54,232 nt of DNA from Prorocentrum cordatum (Eukaryota): positions 62,001 through 116,232 of the forward strand of contig CAUYUJ010000257.1 of the NCBI GenBank assembly GCA_963575745.1. The letters are read 5' to 3'. Every line of letters starts with the position of its first letter. Position 1 is the stretch's first letter. The notes beneath the pieces are model-generated. The model did no database searches and was not told where the DNA came from. It saw only the letters and a program-made list of their open reading frames with translations. Below, piece by piece: positions 52,257-54,232 of the stretch. A program made the position numbers and the translations under genes.

Positions 52257-53915
52257 TCCCCGTGGCGATCAGCTCCTCGGGGGACACGTTGAAATCGCCG
52301 CCCGGCACCCACGGCCGGCCTGACGCGGCCATGAGCGCCCCGAAGCGGCCCAGGACGGCGAGGTTGCGGCTCGACGGCCCCCCCGACACCCGCAGGTGCA
52401 CGGAGCCCTCCGTAATGCTCGGGCCGGACGAAAGAGGGGGATTGGGAACGGGGGGTACGAAATCTGCTGCATGCAGCTGGTTTCGGCCCCACCGAGGGGC
52501 CCATTCCTTGATACATGGCCGCCTCCCGGCGCCAGGAGGCGCCGGGAGAATCAGCTACGTGAGCTGATTCTCAAACCCCTCCCTTTGCTATCCCCCCGTT
52601 TCGCCTGGCCCGAAATGCCGTGGCAGCGACACGTCATGACGTCGCCCTCGCAGAGTCTCCCTGGCGACTCCTCGGGGGCGCGTCCCACTGCAGCAGCTCG
52701 GGCAGGTACGTAATCCCCATGCGGCTCGGCACCGCGACCATTGCACCTGCCCTTGTTCCTTCTTCAGTCGGTGCGCTCGGCACCACCGCAGTCTTCCAGT
52801 CATGCTTGATCAACCTGGCCGACAGCAGCTCAACTTGCTTGGGCGTCAGCTGGAGCTCCTGGCCGAGGACGATGGGCGCCTCGACCTGGTCGCAACGCCT
52901 GCGCGACCTGGTTGGCGGTGTTCGCATTGCTCGTGATGAACACCTGCTTGCTTGCCCTCGTGCTCACGCTGGGCCCCCCTCATCGCTAGGAAGCCGACAG
53001 GCTGGACTTCCGCATGGCAACATGGAAGCCGTGGCCCATAGCAGCAAGAACTTATGCAGCACAGGCCCTTGCCACTGGACATCGGCCTCATTGACGCCCG
53101 CCTGCTTGAGCGCGGCTGCGACGTCCTGGGGGGATGCTTTGGCCTTGAGCTCGCGGATGTCCTCGCCCTGCTCCGTTGGGGCCGCGCCAGCGCGCCGCTT
53201 GCCACGCGCACCGTCACCGTTGGACTTGTCGAGCTCCTCCTCATCCTCCATCGGCACTGCGGTAGTCTCCGCAGCATGCGCCTTCTTATTCGCAGCGAGC
53301 GCGAGGGCTGCCTCATGCTGCTGCGTGACCTCTGCATCTGCCTCCTCGCCGTCGGTCGCCAGGGACGTCCTGGCGAGCTCGTGGTGGGCGCAGACGGAGT
53401 CCAACCCTTGGACGCGGGCGGCCTGGCCAGCGGCTTCTCCTTGGTACGCAGAGATTCGACGTTCTTGCCCGCTTGCTCGGCCTTGTTTTCGGCGGTGCGC
53501 AGCTGGCTCTGGATGTCCTCGATCTGCTGCTTGAGCTTGACCACGTGGCCGTCCGCCTTGGTCTGTGCTTTCTCTGCTCCACGGAGGCGCCGGCGCACGG
53601 CCAACTCCGCGTAGCATGCCGGCAGCGTGGCTTCCTTCGGTGCCAATGGCCCGTCGATTTGTGCCTGCAGCTTCGTCGTGGCCTCCGACGCGAACTCCGT
53701 GCCGGGCTCCTGCGCGAGCTGTTCGAGGTCTCTGAGGCGGGCGCTGCAGACCTCCAGCTTCCTCGCGATGCCCGACGTGGCCTCGTGCGAGGTGTCGCCG
53801 CCGAGGTCCCGGTGCGTGCCTCTCGACCCGTCGCCCTGCCCGTCCTCAGGCGGCGGCCGATGCCTCTTACACCGGTAGCATACTTTCGCCTTCCCCCAAC
53901 ATAGGGGGCCACATG

Positions 53916-54041
53916 CGAACCCTACCCCTACCCCCCACGATTTCTGAGGGGGAGGGTGGGGTTCACTTCGTTCGGGAGCTCTTGAGCGAAGTGAGCCCCA
54001 CCCTCCCCCTCTGAAATCGTGGGGGGTAGGGGCAGGGCTCG
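53916..54041. mobile_element. Near-perfect palindromic MITE
   Basis: CGAACCCTACCCCTACCCCCCACGATTTC.GAGGGGGAGGGTGGGG mirrored across the centre; related sequence at about 8460-8570. Confidence 0.75.
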
Positions 54042-54232
54042 AGCTGAACGGTGTTTTGGCAGTTTCGTGGACCGCTCTCGCTTCGACTCCGTTCTGCAGC
54101 AAGCGTGGCAGGAAGACAGGACTGGGAATGACGAAAACAGAACGAACACGGAAAACACTGTCATCAGTCATCAGTGTGACCGGCTAGGCAGGTGCACACA
54201 TCGCCTTCCCCCAACAGTCATCAGTGTGACCG

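Larger units (their letters stand above)
46560..53915 (-). mobile_element. Near full-length decayed LINE: ORF1 (Cys-rich finger, coiled coil), APE endonuclease, RT, RNase H; interrupted by later insertions
   Basis: CGPLCWGKAKVCYRCKRHRP plus coiled coil (53900-53100); IVLGQELQL (52634-52927); GGDFNVSPEEL (about 52270-52305); KPHTPIML; RT DLRKRYETV, GIVAGSVFG, YFDDL (49291-50673); RNase H VVKMKAHAT..KGNRFADECAKQGA (46720-47067). The RNase H piece could belong to a separate copy. Confidence 0.85.

Overview
GC-rich, repeat-dense eukaryotic DNA, almost certainly from a dinoflagellate nuclear genome. The evidence is a spliced-leader relic CGTAGCCATTTTGGCTTAAG at 41268-41287 (minus), GA/GC splice donors and AG|G junctions. 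One long + strand gene (about 4992-32662, 15 inferred exons, about 920 aa, 5'-partial) encodes an OSCA/TMEM63(CSC1)-like membrane protein. Eleven of its introns end in AG, are all phase 0, mostly have GA donors and are bounded by direct repeats; at least two are TIR elements (Introner-like). The other three gaps in the reading frame (7444-8924, 9706-10886, 15770-22801) have no G[TCA]..AG ends. All three begin AT(C/T)CA(C/G), end GG(T/C)(G/A)GCGG and have complementary ends despite unrelated interiors. They are a candidate distinct class of non-canonical intron or excised element and the main finding. The rest is three decayed non-LTR retrotransposons, an SL-tagged retrogene with a HEPN-like motif, a Helitron-like family with a helicase remnant and 160-bp arrays, several nested MITE families, minisatellites and microsatellites. 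All gene structure was inferred by eye without transcript data or database searches.
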